DNA of 64,000 nucleotides from Chrysomallon squamiferum (lineage: Eukaryota > Animalia > Mollusca), in the NCBI GenBank assembly GCA_012295275.1, contig CM022677.1, forward strand, positions 10,044,001-10,108,000, in the 5' to 3' direction. Of this stretch, positions 1 through 12,475 are shown one piece after another. Position 1 is the first letter of the stretch. Every line of letters starts with the position of its first letter. Position numbers and translations under genes: made by a program. The notes beneath the pieces are model-generated. The model was not told the origin of the DNA. It made no database searches and saw nothing but the letters and a program-made list of their open reading frames with translations.

Positions 1-1171
1 TCAAAACAACAACAGTCTTAGTCTTTCTGATTTATTGAAACAATTATTTCTGAGTGACTTTTATTTTATTTTATTTTTTTCAACACTCAGTCTTTTTGGT
101 ATATTTACCAACATGTTAAATAGAGTTATTTCCCTTAGACCACGAACTTCTGAAATAGGTTACTTCTCGCATCTGCGATGTGACAGTATATTAGATTTGC
201 TCATTTTTAGATAAAAAGAACTAATTCTGTATAATGTTTTGTAGTAGACAGAACCAACTTACTATCTTTTAAATAACAGTTTCCTTTATTTTTGGTTTAT
301 TTAATGTGTTATTATTATTTATTAAATCATTGTAAAATGTTTATTTCATTTAATGTTTTTCATTTAATATATATATTTTTTTTTATTTTTTTTTATTTTA
401 GGAAAGGCGCAGGAGTCAAGGTTTGATATGAACAACCATCCTTATCAGTGTAAATCAGAAAAAGTTCAGAAAATAGACGTAAAATAATTGAATCTGAAAG
501 TTTAAAAACTTCCATGACCTCACGGAAAATACCGATCGAAACCGACGATCACAGCATCGAACGCCGATCAATGTTTACAAACTTTTAAACATGTAGTCCT
601 TTATAATCAATTCTATTTGGATTATTAAAGGTAATTTGGGGAAGTATGTCATATAACCAATGCGTCTTATACATAGATTGAGAAGTAACTGTTGTAAAGG
701 TAGAAACATTTTTTTGTTGTTGTTTTAGTTTGTACCGTTGACGTATTATACCATGTCGTACCTATTTCGTATTATACATTTTTTCAGATATTATTAGACG
801 TCGCCAGCCAATAATAATAATTAATTAATAAATAGATAGATAAATAAATAATAATAAAAAAAAATATTAGAATAAAATTAAATAATTGAAATAAAATTCA
901 AAAAAAAAAAAAAATTTCACTGACGCTGGTGGATGAATATTCTCTTTAGGTACCATAATGTGGACTCGTTACTCTTTCAAAACTCCATAGCGGACGTCTC
1001 TGAGTACGTAGATGTAAACCGATACTTGAAACCATTATAAATTTTAATTTTAATATTTAGTTCCATTTTCAATGCATTAGAGATGGTATTTACATGGAAA
1101 AAGCAAACTGATCACGTGTTATTTGAATGATTGCTTTGATACATTCGCTGTAATGCCTGATAACAGTTTTA

Positions 1172-1203
<32 letters not shown>

Positions 1204-1390
1204 GTAAAGTTCCTTCAAAAATTAATTTTTCACTCTTCTTCATTAAAACAAAAAGCATTCAACTTCTGAAACAAGTACTATTATGTATGCAATCAACGGG
1301 TTTCCTATTTTAATTTTAAAAAAACTTAACATTCAGTAATTTAACTAAAATGCCTGACATTTTTTATATGAATTATTTTCAATTTACAGG

Positions 1391-2270
1391 TGGAAATTGT
1401 CAAGTCAGTGTCAGATTTTGTATTATTTTTAAAGACATGGACAAAGACAGAGTTTTTCAGATTTCACTCTCTCCCTTACAGTACAAGGCAGGTCAGAGCT
1501 GAAGATTCAGAGGAGTATTCACAATTTTATGGATTTCAGCTTTGAAAAACACTAGTGTGGTGTATTATTATTATTATTACATTTTTATCTTCTGTTTATA
1601 TTGCTTAACTTTAACATATTTTAATCTACTCAGTGCATTCTTCTTGTTTAGTATTAGTAAATCTTTCATAAAGAAATATTTTCACTTATTTTTATGAATT
1701 TAGATATAAAAAGATAAGTTAGTCTTTTTCTAAAGTTTTTGTAAAATTTATAGTTATACTTTTTCAAAGATCTGTATTTTCGTTTAAATTATTTGTTATT
1801 TATTATTAAAATCTATTACAGTAAGAGACAGATGATGTTTATTTATAATAATTTCTTTCTAATAGATTAAAGACAATGGAAAAATAGTTATTATTTGTAT
1901 TAAATTTTATTATTGTATCTACAGGAAAGACATGATTCTGGAATCAGCTTCAGTTACAAGAATATGGAGAAGACTATAAAGATTACTTGAAATAGTTGAG
2001 ATATCTACTGATATAGACTAATTATGGACTTAGCTTTCCAAAGCAGTTTCCTGACAGAGAAATTGTTGACACTATGCATCAGTGTTGATTGATTTTTCTC
2101 CAATAGTTAATGATTCTTGGTTTTATCAGGAAGGCAGTAAAACAACTTCCACTATAATGACTAATGACACTGCAAAAGCTCTGTGTGGTTCTACATTACA
2201 GATTAGTGCAGAAGAAATGAAAAGATGTGGAGCAATGATATTTACAGATTGACAACAGGCTTAATGTTGT
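1391..2270 (+). pseudogene. Decayed exons of an unidentified + strand gene (copy P1)
   Basis: Acceptors ttacag|1391 and ctacag|1925. The 3' part reads TIMTNDTAKALCGSTLQISAEEMKRCGAMIFTD* and matches 12350-12475 at nucleotide level. In-frame stops are present. Confidence 0.35.
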
Positions 2271-2830
2271 TTTCATAAACAACATATTAACTTGAGGCAA
2301 CCATAAGTGATTGAAAGAGATATGAGACTGACTGTCTGACAGGAGGTTGACAGGTAAAGAGATAAACAGGAAGATACACAAGAAGAAAGAGAGAAAGATT
2401 GATAGACTAATAGACAGTTAGATCAGTTGAAGTTAAGAAATGAACTGATAGATGTAGATGAATTTAGGCAGATAGACAAACGTGCCTGTCTATCTATTCT
2501 GTGTATTCTTCTTTCTGTCATCTGTGTTTGTGTGCCAGGCTGAGATTGTAGACAGACAATGTAGATATATGTATATAGTTATGTAGCAGACTGGCAGATA
2601 GGTGTAGGCAAGTATGATGGTAATGTGGAAGACTGAATATATATATACAGATGTTGGTATGTAAGCTGGAGCAGGGAATAGTATATAGAAGGAAAAGTTG
2701 CTTGTCTTTCTTGAAGAGTGTGAATATATTGAGTATATATGTGTGCAAACATACAGAAAAATATGGAGATCTGAAGTTGGATGTGTAGGTATGTAGACAA
2801 GGAGAATATAAATGACTTAGAGATGTTATT
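2150..2830 (+). repeat. Segmental duplication, direct copy of ~12350-13090
   Basis: Shared collinear blocks, e.g. actataatgactaa.gacactgcaaaa, tgagactgactgtctga, gatagatgtagatgaatttaggcagatag, agtatatatgtgtgcaaacatacagaaaa. Confidence 0.9.
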
Positions 2831-2928
2831 GATAGATAAACTGTTATGTAGGTTGATTATGTAGATAGACTGAGATATACATATAGAGATATATATAGAC
2901 AGGTGACAACTGCATGCATATGAATAGA

Positions 2929-2959
<31 letters not shown>

Positions 2960-3754
2960 CCAGTGACAAGGACGGCTAAATGTGGGAATTTTGAATGAGA
3001 ATTATTTGTTATAAATGGACAGTAACATAGAAAGATAGATGTGTAAAGTAGTTATAATTATTTAGGGAAACAGTCAGGAAGATGAATAGATGATTCATGG
3101 ATAGTTATTGATGGATTGTAATACAGGTGGATAGAGAAGTGTGTGTGTGTGTGTGGATGTATAGAAGGATGGACTGATCAATCAGCTAAGAATGGAGGCA
3201 TTTTCTTAGAGTTCGATGGATGGATATACAGATAGCTAAAGAGACAGGCAGGTCAGTAGGTTCATATCTAGCTATAGAATGATAAATAGCTAGACAGAAA
3301 GAAAGAAAGATAAGCATGTTTGATGGTAAAGTGGATGGCTATTGATTTGAGGATATGGTCATGTATATGTACATAAATACACACACACAGACAGACAGAG
3401 AGACATAGAGGATTGGATCTGTGTTTGGATTGAGTTAGTGATGAACTGATAGATTATAGATAAATGTCTATAGATAGATTATATAGATAGATATATAGAA
3501 AGATACGGAGGTTTGAAGTAATATCTAGTTAGATATATAGATGCTTACTGAAAAATAGATCTATAAGCTAGAGAGATAAACTGATTGGAAGGTAGATATG
3601 TCACTAGTTCAGTAGATTGATTTGTAGACACATGCATTATACCTTGATTATTTGTCTCCTTCCTACCTATTATCCTCTCTGTCACTTGGCTCTGTTTATC
3701 TCTACCTTTACCTCTATCACGTCTGTCTCTCTAACTTTCTATCTACCTGTATCT

Positions 3755-3970
3755 CTATCACGTCTCTCTACCTATATCCTTGATAACTTCTCTGGCTCTA
3801 TCATGTCTCTCTACCTATACCTTGATAACTTCTCTGTCTCTATCACGTCTCTCTACCTACACCTTGATAACTTCTCTGGCTGTATCACGTCTCTCTACCT
3901 ATACCTTGATAACTTCTCTGGCTGTATCACGTCTCTCTACCTATACCTTGATAAATTCTCTGGCTCTGTA
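3755..3970. repeat. 42-bp minisatellite, ~5 copies
   Basis: Unit tatcacgtctctctacctataccttgataacttctctggctg, giving a 14-aa periodicity in ORF 3617..3976. The paralogous position (~41125) has a single copy. Confidence 0.9.
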
Positions 3971-5399
3971 CTATAGTTCTAACACTTATCTTGTGTCTAC
4001 ATATATCTCTATTACTTGTTTATGATTCTCTACCAGCATGTCTAGTACTTGTATATCTCTCTACCAATATCTCTATCACTTGTCTTTCTCTTTACATTTA
4101 TCTCTGTCTCTCTAGTTGTATCTGTATTAGTGTCTGCCTAACCTTTATCTCTATCATTTATCTACCTACGTATCTATCTCCTTCTCTTTACCTACATCAC
4201 TAATACTTGTCTCTGTCCCTCTAACTATATCTCTATTGCTTTCTCTCTTTATCTAAATCTCTGTCACTTGTGTCTTCCTCTCTACCTTTATCTCTGTCAT
4301 TTTCTATTTCTTTATCTCTATTATGTGTCTGTCAGTCTACCATTATCTCTATCACTTGTATCTGTTTCTCTAACTATATCTCAATCACGTCTGACTCTCT
4401 CTACCCTAAGTACTTTTTCTGTTTCACTACCTATATATTGATAATTTTGCCTGTCTCTCTTTGCTTATATCTATATCATGTGTCTATCTCTCTGAAACCT
4501 GTCTCTATCACTATACATATATCTCTATCCAATGTCCCTCTGTACCTATATTTCTCTATCTCTCTCTGCTTATACCTGCCCCAGTCTCAGCTACCAATAA
4601 TCTCTATTATTAACCTGTGAGATAAACTAATGTAAAGATAGGATTTATGCTACTGGCTCATAATTTAACCACCCATCTTTTTTTTTTTTTTAAATTACTT
4701 GGTTAGAAGTATTTTTGATTATACATATAATTTTTTTTATTCCTGTATAATACTTATTTAATACAGTCTGCCCATGGAGGTTTAAACTTGCTGAGTTGGT
4801 AGATAGTTAACACCAGCTTCCTCTGAGTAATTTTAACTCACTGAGCTCAGTTGTTAAGGATATATTGAAATAGTATTAGCAGTCCAGTGTTTTGATATAA
4901 TAAACAATAACAACAACAACAATCAAACATTTTATTTCAAAAAGGTCATATTACCTAATGTGGTCTTTATTGATTTGTCTATCTACACAGCTGTGTTATC
5001 AATCCATCCAGCATATCTGTATCAATGTATTCACTTATCCATATGCCTGTGTGTGTGTCTATGTATAATCTTTCTTTCTGTCTCCGTTTTTCTGTATTAA
5101 ACTGTTTGTCTCTCTATTGGTTTGCCCATTCAACAGACTTGTATCCCACCTGTTCACCTATCTACTCACCTGTCTACCTACCCACTATCTACCTCTTTTT
5201 CTTTTTCTAATTATCCATCCATTTATTCACAATTATTCTATCTATCTATCCTTCCGTTTGTTACTTCAAAAGAGTAAGATAACATGGTTTCTTTAACTTA
5301 TACCTAGGTGCACACACACACACACACACACAAGCAGACATTTTAAACACACATTAAAATTGGAAAATTCACATGCACAGATTAACATAGTTAAATTGA

Positions 5400-7186
5400 T
5401 AATGATTGGCAAACTTTGCTCAGATTTGACAGTGAAGTGTAACAAGCCTGTTTGACAGCTGACTGGTTTTCTCTGACCCAGTCTGGAAGATGATCTACTT
5501 CCTGTAATGCTAACTCGACATAACTGTGAATGGCTTCCTGTGATCCTCCTCACAACAACCACTGGGCCAGTCTAAGACAAAACAGCTGCAAATCAAAGAA
5601 ACTCACAGTTAATAAATTATAATATATGCATGTATATAAATAATAATAATAATGTAATCAATAAATTTATAACTTTTACATTATTTTTATATACAGATAA
5701 TGATGTAAATAAATAAATCAAATTTGAAACATTGAAAACAAAAAGTTAATGATAAAAGTTTAAACATAATTTAAATAATTGTTTATGCCTTAACTGAAAT
5801 AATTCATAAGTAATGGGTAAAACAAATTTTTAAATATCTTTTGTGGATTTCATTCATATTTTTTTCAGGAAAAACAAAATAATATAAGTGTTATGAGTAA
5901 CAGCTAACTAGTTTGTTTCGGATGAGAAAACCTACTCTAAAACTGTTAATGTGAGTCTGGCTTTTTAGGTAACGTCTTTCATTAGAAACAGTAAAGGTGG
6001 AGCTTTTAGGCTTGGCTTTGTAGATGTTGGTGTAGGAATTAAATCCTGAACAACCTAAAACAATAAATGTATTTGTAATCTTTGTGTATTTTTATTTTTA
6101 TTTATTTATTTACTTGTATTCAGATACTTGCAAATAAAAATAGAAGGCAATTAAGATTTCTGTAGTCTGATGAAAATGTTTTTCCATGATCTGCAACAGA
6201 TGTATGTCACAGATTATGTTTTGTAAAAATATATTTAGTAAAAACATTAAAAAATCTTGTTATTCCTGTTATTTAATTTAAATCACATGCATATCAAATA
6301 TTGTTATCATAAAATAAGTAAATGAAACAAATAAAACATGTAATTAATAAGTAAACAAACCAGTAATAGTATATAAAACAAATAACATTTAATTAATAAG
6401 TAAACAAACCATAATATTATATAAAACAAATAACATTTAATTAATAAGTAAACAAACCATAATATTATATAAAACAAATAACATGAAATTAATAGTAAAC
6501 AAACCAGGAATATTACATAAAACAAAATAATTTTACCTGACTCAGAATGTTTTCATCAACCACTACTAATAGTAATATAATAATAATAAATAATAATAAT
6601 AATAATAATAACAATAATAATACAACAGAATCAGTAACAAACTCTTCTGTTGTAGAACTGTTGTCATCATCTGAAATGTTGAGTTTTCTTTTGACTCCAG
6701 GTGATGTTTGTTCTGTCAGTTTTATTTCACTTTTAGTCTGCCAAATTTATATTCCATGAAAAATCTTTAAAAAATAATAATAAAAATGTATTGTCTCAAC
6801 TCTGAACACAACAAAAAACTATTTATTATAATGTTTAATAAGATGAGAAGTGTAAGAATTACAAACTGTGATTTTATCTCACCTTGTTACAGTATCAGTA
6901 GTTTTCCTGCACTTTGATGAAATTTTATGGTTCTAAAGTTCTAATAACAACAACAACAGTAGCAGTAATGACTATAAAAAAAATAAAAATAATAACTGCT
7001 GTTGTAATAATTACATATAACCATAAATGCTATTGCATTACACTGTTACTAAAATACTATTTATTTACTACTAAGACCACTGTTGTGGGTAATAAGACCC
7101 CACTATTGCTGCTGCAACCCTAGGAACAATAATAATAATTACAGTTTAATCAAGAATAAAGAAAAAGTGTTTAACCAATGTCAACA

Positions 7187-7219
<33 letters not shown>

Positions 7220-8050
7220 GTAATAAATATAAAAATAATAATAATAAATAATAATAAAATAATAATAATAACCAATAATAACAATAGCAACAATAACAAC
7301 AGCAATATTAAAATAATAATAATAATAATAATAATACTGATATATAAGTAACAAACTCTGCTGATGTAGAACTGTTTTCATCTAAGATGTTGTTTTCTTT
7401 TGACTCCAGTTGATGTATCTTCTTCATTTATATTTCACTTTCAGTTTCTGCCAAATTTATATTCAAAGATGAATCTAAAAAATAAAAAATGTACTTGCTT
7501 ACTGACATCAGAAATTTCAGTTATGATCTGAGATTCAGTTTTGGAAATATTTTACCTGGGAACCTAAATGTTTTATATCACAGTATACAGACTCAAGTTT
7601 CAGTAGAAATAAATGTATATTGTCTTTTATTTAAATGTGTGTCATTTTACTGGGATATTTTTATTTGTTTTATTCAGAGATGTCATTACTTTGGCAAAGT
7701 CTGGCTATGTAGAACATTATAATGACTTGAACAGACTATTTGTTATAGAGGTATACATATTACACTGAAACAAACAATTTGAAAGTAATAAAATGTATCT
7801 AGGCTAGCTGAAATATACTTCAGAAACAAACATTATCATTTACATGTAAAAATATCAACTCACTTTCAGAAATTTTCTTTTCCAGTGGTTCTATACATGA
7901 AGAAAATTCATAGTGGTATTTCAGTTTTGTCTGCATCCTGAAAATATATAATGTGTGTACTTTTAAAAAGTAAACAGACGTACACACACACACGGTGACA
8001 CAGAAAATGCAGATAAAACAAAGGCAAATGATTATTTATTTCCAGTCTCT
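5400..8050 (-). pseudogene. Decayed multi-exon gene of unknown family (copy M1, 5'-truncated)
   Basis: GT-AG exons at 7864-7937 (MQTKLKYHYEFSSCIEPLEKKISE); two related copies of one exon starting at 7474 and 6764 (TSPGVKRKLNISDDDNSS); ~5935-6054 (CSGFNSYTNIYKAKPKSS...); and ~5400-5585. Frameshifts and stops are present. Paralogous to 43480-46321. Confidence 0.55.
6320..6530. repeat. 48-bp AT-rich minisatellite, ~4 copies
   Basis: Unit ~aaacaaaccataatattatataaaacaaataacatttaattaataagt, same family as 44060-44570. Confidence 0.85.
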
Positions 8051-8573
8051 CGGATTGCACATTTCTTAATTTTATGTTATTTTTTTCAGACCATGTTTTC
8101 AGACCTATATCAAACATTGGTAAATTCCTGGATACTACTAAGCAACTTATTGTGTGAGTTCTAAACTTTGTGATGTTAAATAACATCACATTATAAAGAA
8201 ATAAAGAAGAAGAAGAAAGAAAAAGTACGTGGAAAGAAATATCAACACCGTTTATTTGAAGTTTACGGTCAAGGATTGGCTAATAATAAGAAAAAAAAAA
8301 TTAAAATAAAAATAAAAAAAATCATTGATTTATAATTAGTACGTATATTTTAATAAGTTTGTTATGTTCCCTTATTTTATTTTATTTTATTATTATTATT
8401 ATTATTTTTTTTTTGGTGTTATAATTGCGGATGAATGCGGGATGATTGTCTGTCTTTACGGATTTACTGTTTTAATTGGTGTAATCGCATTATCATCCAA
8501 CAAAAAGTTGATTAAAGCATTTCATTTTGTGCAGGAGACAGGTATTACAAATTATTATTATTTTTATTTTTTA

Positions 8574-8621
<48 letters not shown>

Positions 8622-8972
8622 TATTTTTTTTTTTTTTTTGATTTGATTTAATTATAATTTACATGACACAGCAATCTTTTTTCGGAACAATAATATATTT
8701 AATTATTTTATATATATATTTTTTTATTATTATTATTATTTTTTTTTTTTTTTTCATACGACACTCGATTAATAATAAAATTCACTTGTGGTTGTACTAA
8801 TGTGAACACATAAACAACGTCATATAAACAAGAAATCATGTTTAATCTTTAATTTTGTTTTACCAATTACTGTATGATGAATCAGCCTATCGGGCATATT
8901 TTGAGTTGACAGTAATTAAATTTATTTTAAAATAAATTGACATATGTAAACACCACACAACAACTCACAAAA

Positions 8973-9006
<34 letters not shown>

Positions 9007-9648
9007 TTGAAATAGACTAATAAAACTATTAAAAAATTATACTAATTTTGTTTGACAGGTTCTTTTCAGTTTATTAATAATTTATTTTTTTAAATATTTA
9101 TGTTAAATTGCTTACTAGCTCTACACATTATTAAACATATTTAAATGATTTTTTAACCATATTAAAGGTTGTAATGGATGGGGCCCTAAATGGTTTCATA
9201 TTATTTAAACTAAATATCTAAATATCTATTAACATTAAATACAAGTAAAGATGAATACAAATTTAAGAAAAATATGACCAGGTTATTTCATATGTAGACA
9301 CTGTAAAATATTAATAAAATTATTTGTTTGAATAATATTTAACACACACACACACAAAGGTTCAAGGATCAGTCCTGCATGGAGGATAATAAAATTATAA
9401 TACAGTCTAGCAGATAATCCATGCCTGATATATCTAAGATTATGGTTTCTTTTGTTGTTTCTTTCTGTGGAAAGATGTATATTAGAAAAAGGTTTTTCGT
9501 TGCTTGTTTAAAAGGGTGCCACTTCATATTGCAGAAACAGGGATTCTTTTTCATTATCTGTTATCATAGTTACTTACCTTTTAAGATATTAAAAACTAGC
9601 AAACAAAAAACATGCTGTGTTAAATAAAATATTTTTTCTTTATTTTAG

Positions 9649-12475
9649 ATTTGGTCTGTTTTAGCAGTGTCATTAGTGACCAGCTTGAAGTAAGTGTTTA
9701 TTAAATCAACAAATATAATGTACTTTACCAGACCTATTGATTTTCTATTTTGTTAAGATGCTGTAAAGCATATTTTTGCAATGTAAATATACTGTCCTAC
9801 TCATTCATATTTTTATTTAATTCTTTCCTTTCCTTTCCTTTCATTAATTTTTGTTGCTACTTAACTTTCAGCCTGAAGAACATCTCATCAGACTGATGAA
9901 CATGTTGGATCCAAAAGGTGTTGATCCTTTTGTTGAAAAGAACTTTTACAAGAAGATCAACAAAACATGCATTGTAGAAAATAAAAAAAATAATGATAAT
10001 AAAACAAATTAAAAACATCAATTTTTAGTAATATTAATATTGACTTTTTTTTTAATTTAAAACTTTAAATGATACACATATCTAATGTTACATTTTATTT
10101 ATTGATTTTTTATTTTACTTCACTAGGTAACAGGAAATCACACAAAACTGAGATATCAGGTTTTCCATAATTAGTTTTATTTTATTTTATTTTATTTTTT
10201 ATTTGGTTTTAGTAAAAATTACATGACAGTCTAGCTGATAATCCATTTATTTGGAATTGCAGTAATATTTTTATTTCTCTTCTTGCTGTAAAATTATTAA
10301 GTTATTGAAAATAAAGAAAATGAGCACCAAACATAAAACTTATTTGTTTCATATTTGTTATTTCTAATAGTTTCAGTAGTGTAACAAATACATTTTATAT
10401 GATGACATTTATATTTTTCATCTGAAATGGTTTTTTTTTTGTTTTTGTTTTTTTTCAGTCAAGAAGGTGATTTTGCAAATGAGATGGAAAGCTCGAAGAC
10501 TGAAATTATTATGAAGGTTCCAGAAAAGAAAACTGTAATGAAGAATGTTTAGTTTATTTGTGTAAATGGTGAATACAGTTTTTTTTTTTACTGAAACTGA
10601 AAAATATCTTGAGATTTTAAGTTAGATTATTTATTCACAATTCAGTTCAATTCAGTATTTTGTTCAATTTAATTACCAACAGACTAATCTACTCAAAATA
10701 ATATTGAAGCAAATAATATTGTTTTAAGTTATTAAGTAATTTACACTTTAATAGCTAAAGTATAATATTTTGTATTTTGTATTTATTTTATTTTATGTAA
10801 TATATAAAAGAGCATTTTGAGAGATAATTTAATGTTTTCACTAGGATTTATTTATGTTTCAGTATTTTTACGTTCAAGTTTGTTTTATTCAGAGCCTGAA
10901 ATATGATAAAGAAATGATTTATTGTTATTTCATTTACATTAATGGCAAGGTGTATTTTAGTAATAGTTCTAGATAAGTGATTTTAGGAAATCTGTAGAAC
11001 AGTTTGTTTAGGGAATTCCAATATTCTGTCTGCAGTTTTTCTTATTGTGTGGATTGCAGCTCTTTACTTTTTTATTTTTAGTAGTTTCACTCATGTGTTT
11101 CCATCTTTATTGGACTGGCTGTATCTCTGTATTTATTATTATAAATAAAAATGGATAGCTTGAAAATATCAACAATTTTTTTTTTTTCTTTAAAAACAAA
11201 CAAAAAGAAAACAACCCTGAGGATTGTAAAAGGATATAGTATATATTTTCATTTTGTTTTGTCTTCCCACATTTTATTTCTTCATAAACTTTACATTGTT
11301 CTCAAAATGGTTTTACTTACTAATTATATCAGGGTTTATTAATCAGTTTCAGGAATAACACTGTAGCTATTTAAATGTACTAATTCATTTTGTTTTCATG
11401 CTTAAGTAAAAAGTGTTCAACTGCATTTGTCTGCATTTTTCTTTGAGAAAGTATAAGAAAATTGCTGGGGGTTTTTCAGATTAAATTAACAATTAAATTT
11501 AAATATTTACTCTGTTTGTCTTCTTTGATGATTTTATTTTTATATACAGACTAGTTCTGATAATTTTATATAAATATTTCATAAAGCATAGCTATTTGCT
11601 TGAAATTTTAAATGTTTAATTAAGATAGTGTAGAATCAATTAAAAATGGTTTATGATCAACAAACCTTGTAATAATTTGCATGCCAGCCTAATAGAGTAG
11701 TGAACAGAACATGTGTAATTTGCGGTTAGTAACATCTCACTGTAATCTGAAATACATAGATTTAATACAGGCAAAAGATATTTATAATATTAAACTTATT
11801 GAAATTAAGAATATTAAAACCTTTAATACATTTTTTTTATTATTAAAATTGTATGGAAAAAATATACATTTGGACAAAAAATGTTCTTGGTAAGACAGTG
11901 AAATTCAGTTAGAGCTAACAACAAATGCTACTTGCACTGTATTTTATGTTTAGTTTATTAATGAATATTATATTTTGTTGTAGGATCCTAGACAACAGAT
12001 TCAAGCTGCCTCAGCCATCACTTCAGTTGAAAATGTTGTAAGACCTATTTTCAGAAAAGGTTCACTAGAGCTCCAGAATGTTATTACATCACAGTCTTCC
12101 CTGTCCAGAGAAAACTCAACACTTTCAAGAGAAAATCTGTCTGAAATGTAATTTGAATTTATAAATGCTTTTTTTCTAAATTTTGTTCTTACATGTATCA
12201 AAACATGTACTTTGTGTTTCTATTTCTGAACTCTTATTAGATCTTGGTAACATTTTTTTCATCTTATTACTCAAGAGTTAAAGACTGACGTTTCTGAAGA
12301 GAAACGATTTCAAAAACTTGATGATCTCCAAGAGACTGCATTGTCAATGACTATAATGACTAAGGACACTGCAAAAAATATGTGGTTCTACATTGCAAGT
12401 TAGAAATTATTGCAGAAGAAATGAAAACATGTGGAGCAATCATATTTTTAAATTCAGAGCAGGTTCCAGATTAAT
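9649..12475 (+). pseudogene. Exons of an unidentified + strand gene (copy P2), probably decayed
   Basis: Exon 9649-9689 (LVCFSSVISDQLE) is phase-compatible with an exon starting at 9872 (PEEHLIRLMNMLDPKGVDPFVEKNFYKKINK). Further exons at ~10459 (QEGDFANEMESSK...), 11984-12147 (open 164 nt, DPRQQIQAASAITSVENV...) and ~12276-12475 (frameshifted relative to P1). Confidence 0.4.

Larger units (their letters stand above)
3630..8000 (+). repeat. Segmental duplication, direct copy of ~41000-45620
   Basis: Collinear shared blocks at 4618/42037 (tgagataaactaatg), 4773/42179, 5390/43470, 5520-5615/43555-43660, 5921/43971, 6625/45120 and 7735-7945/45382-45585. Confidence 0.92.
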
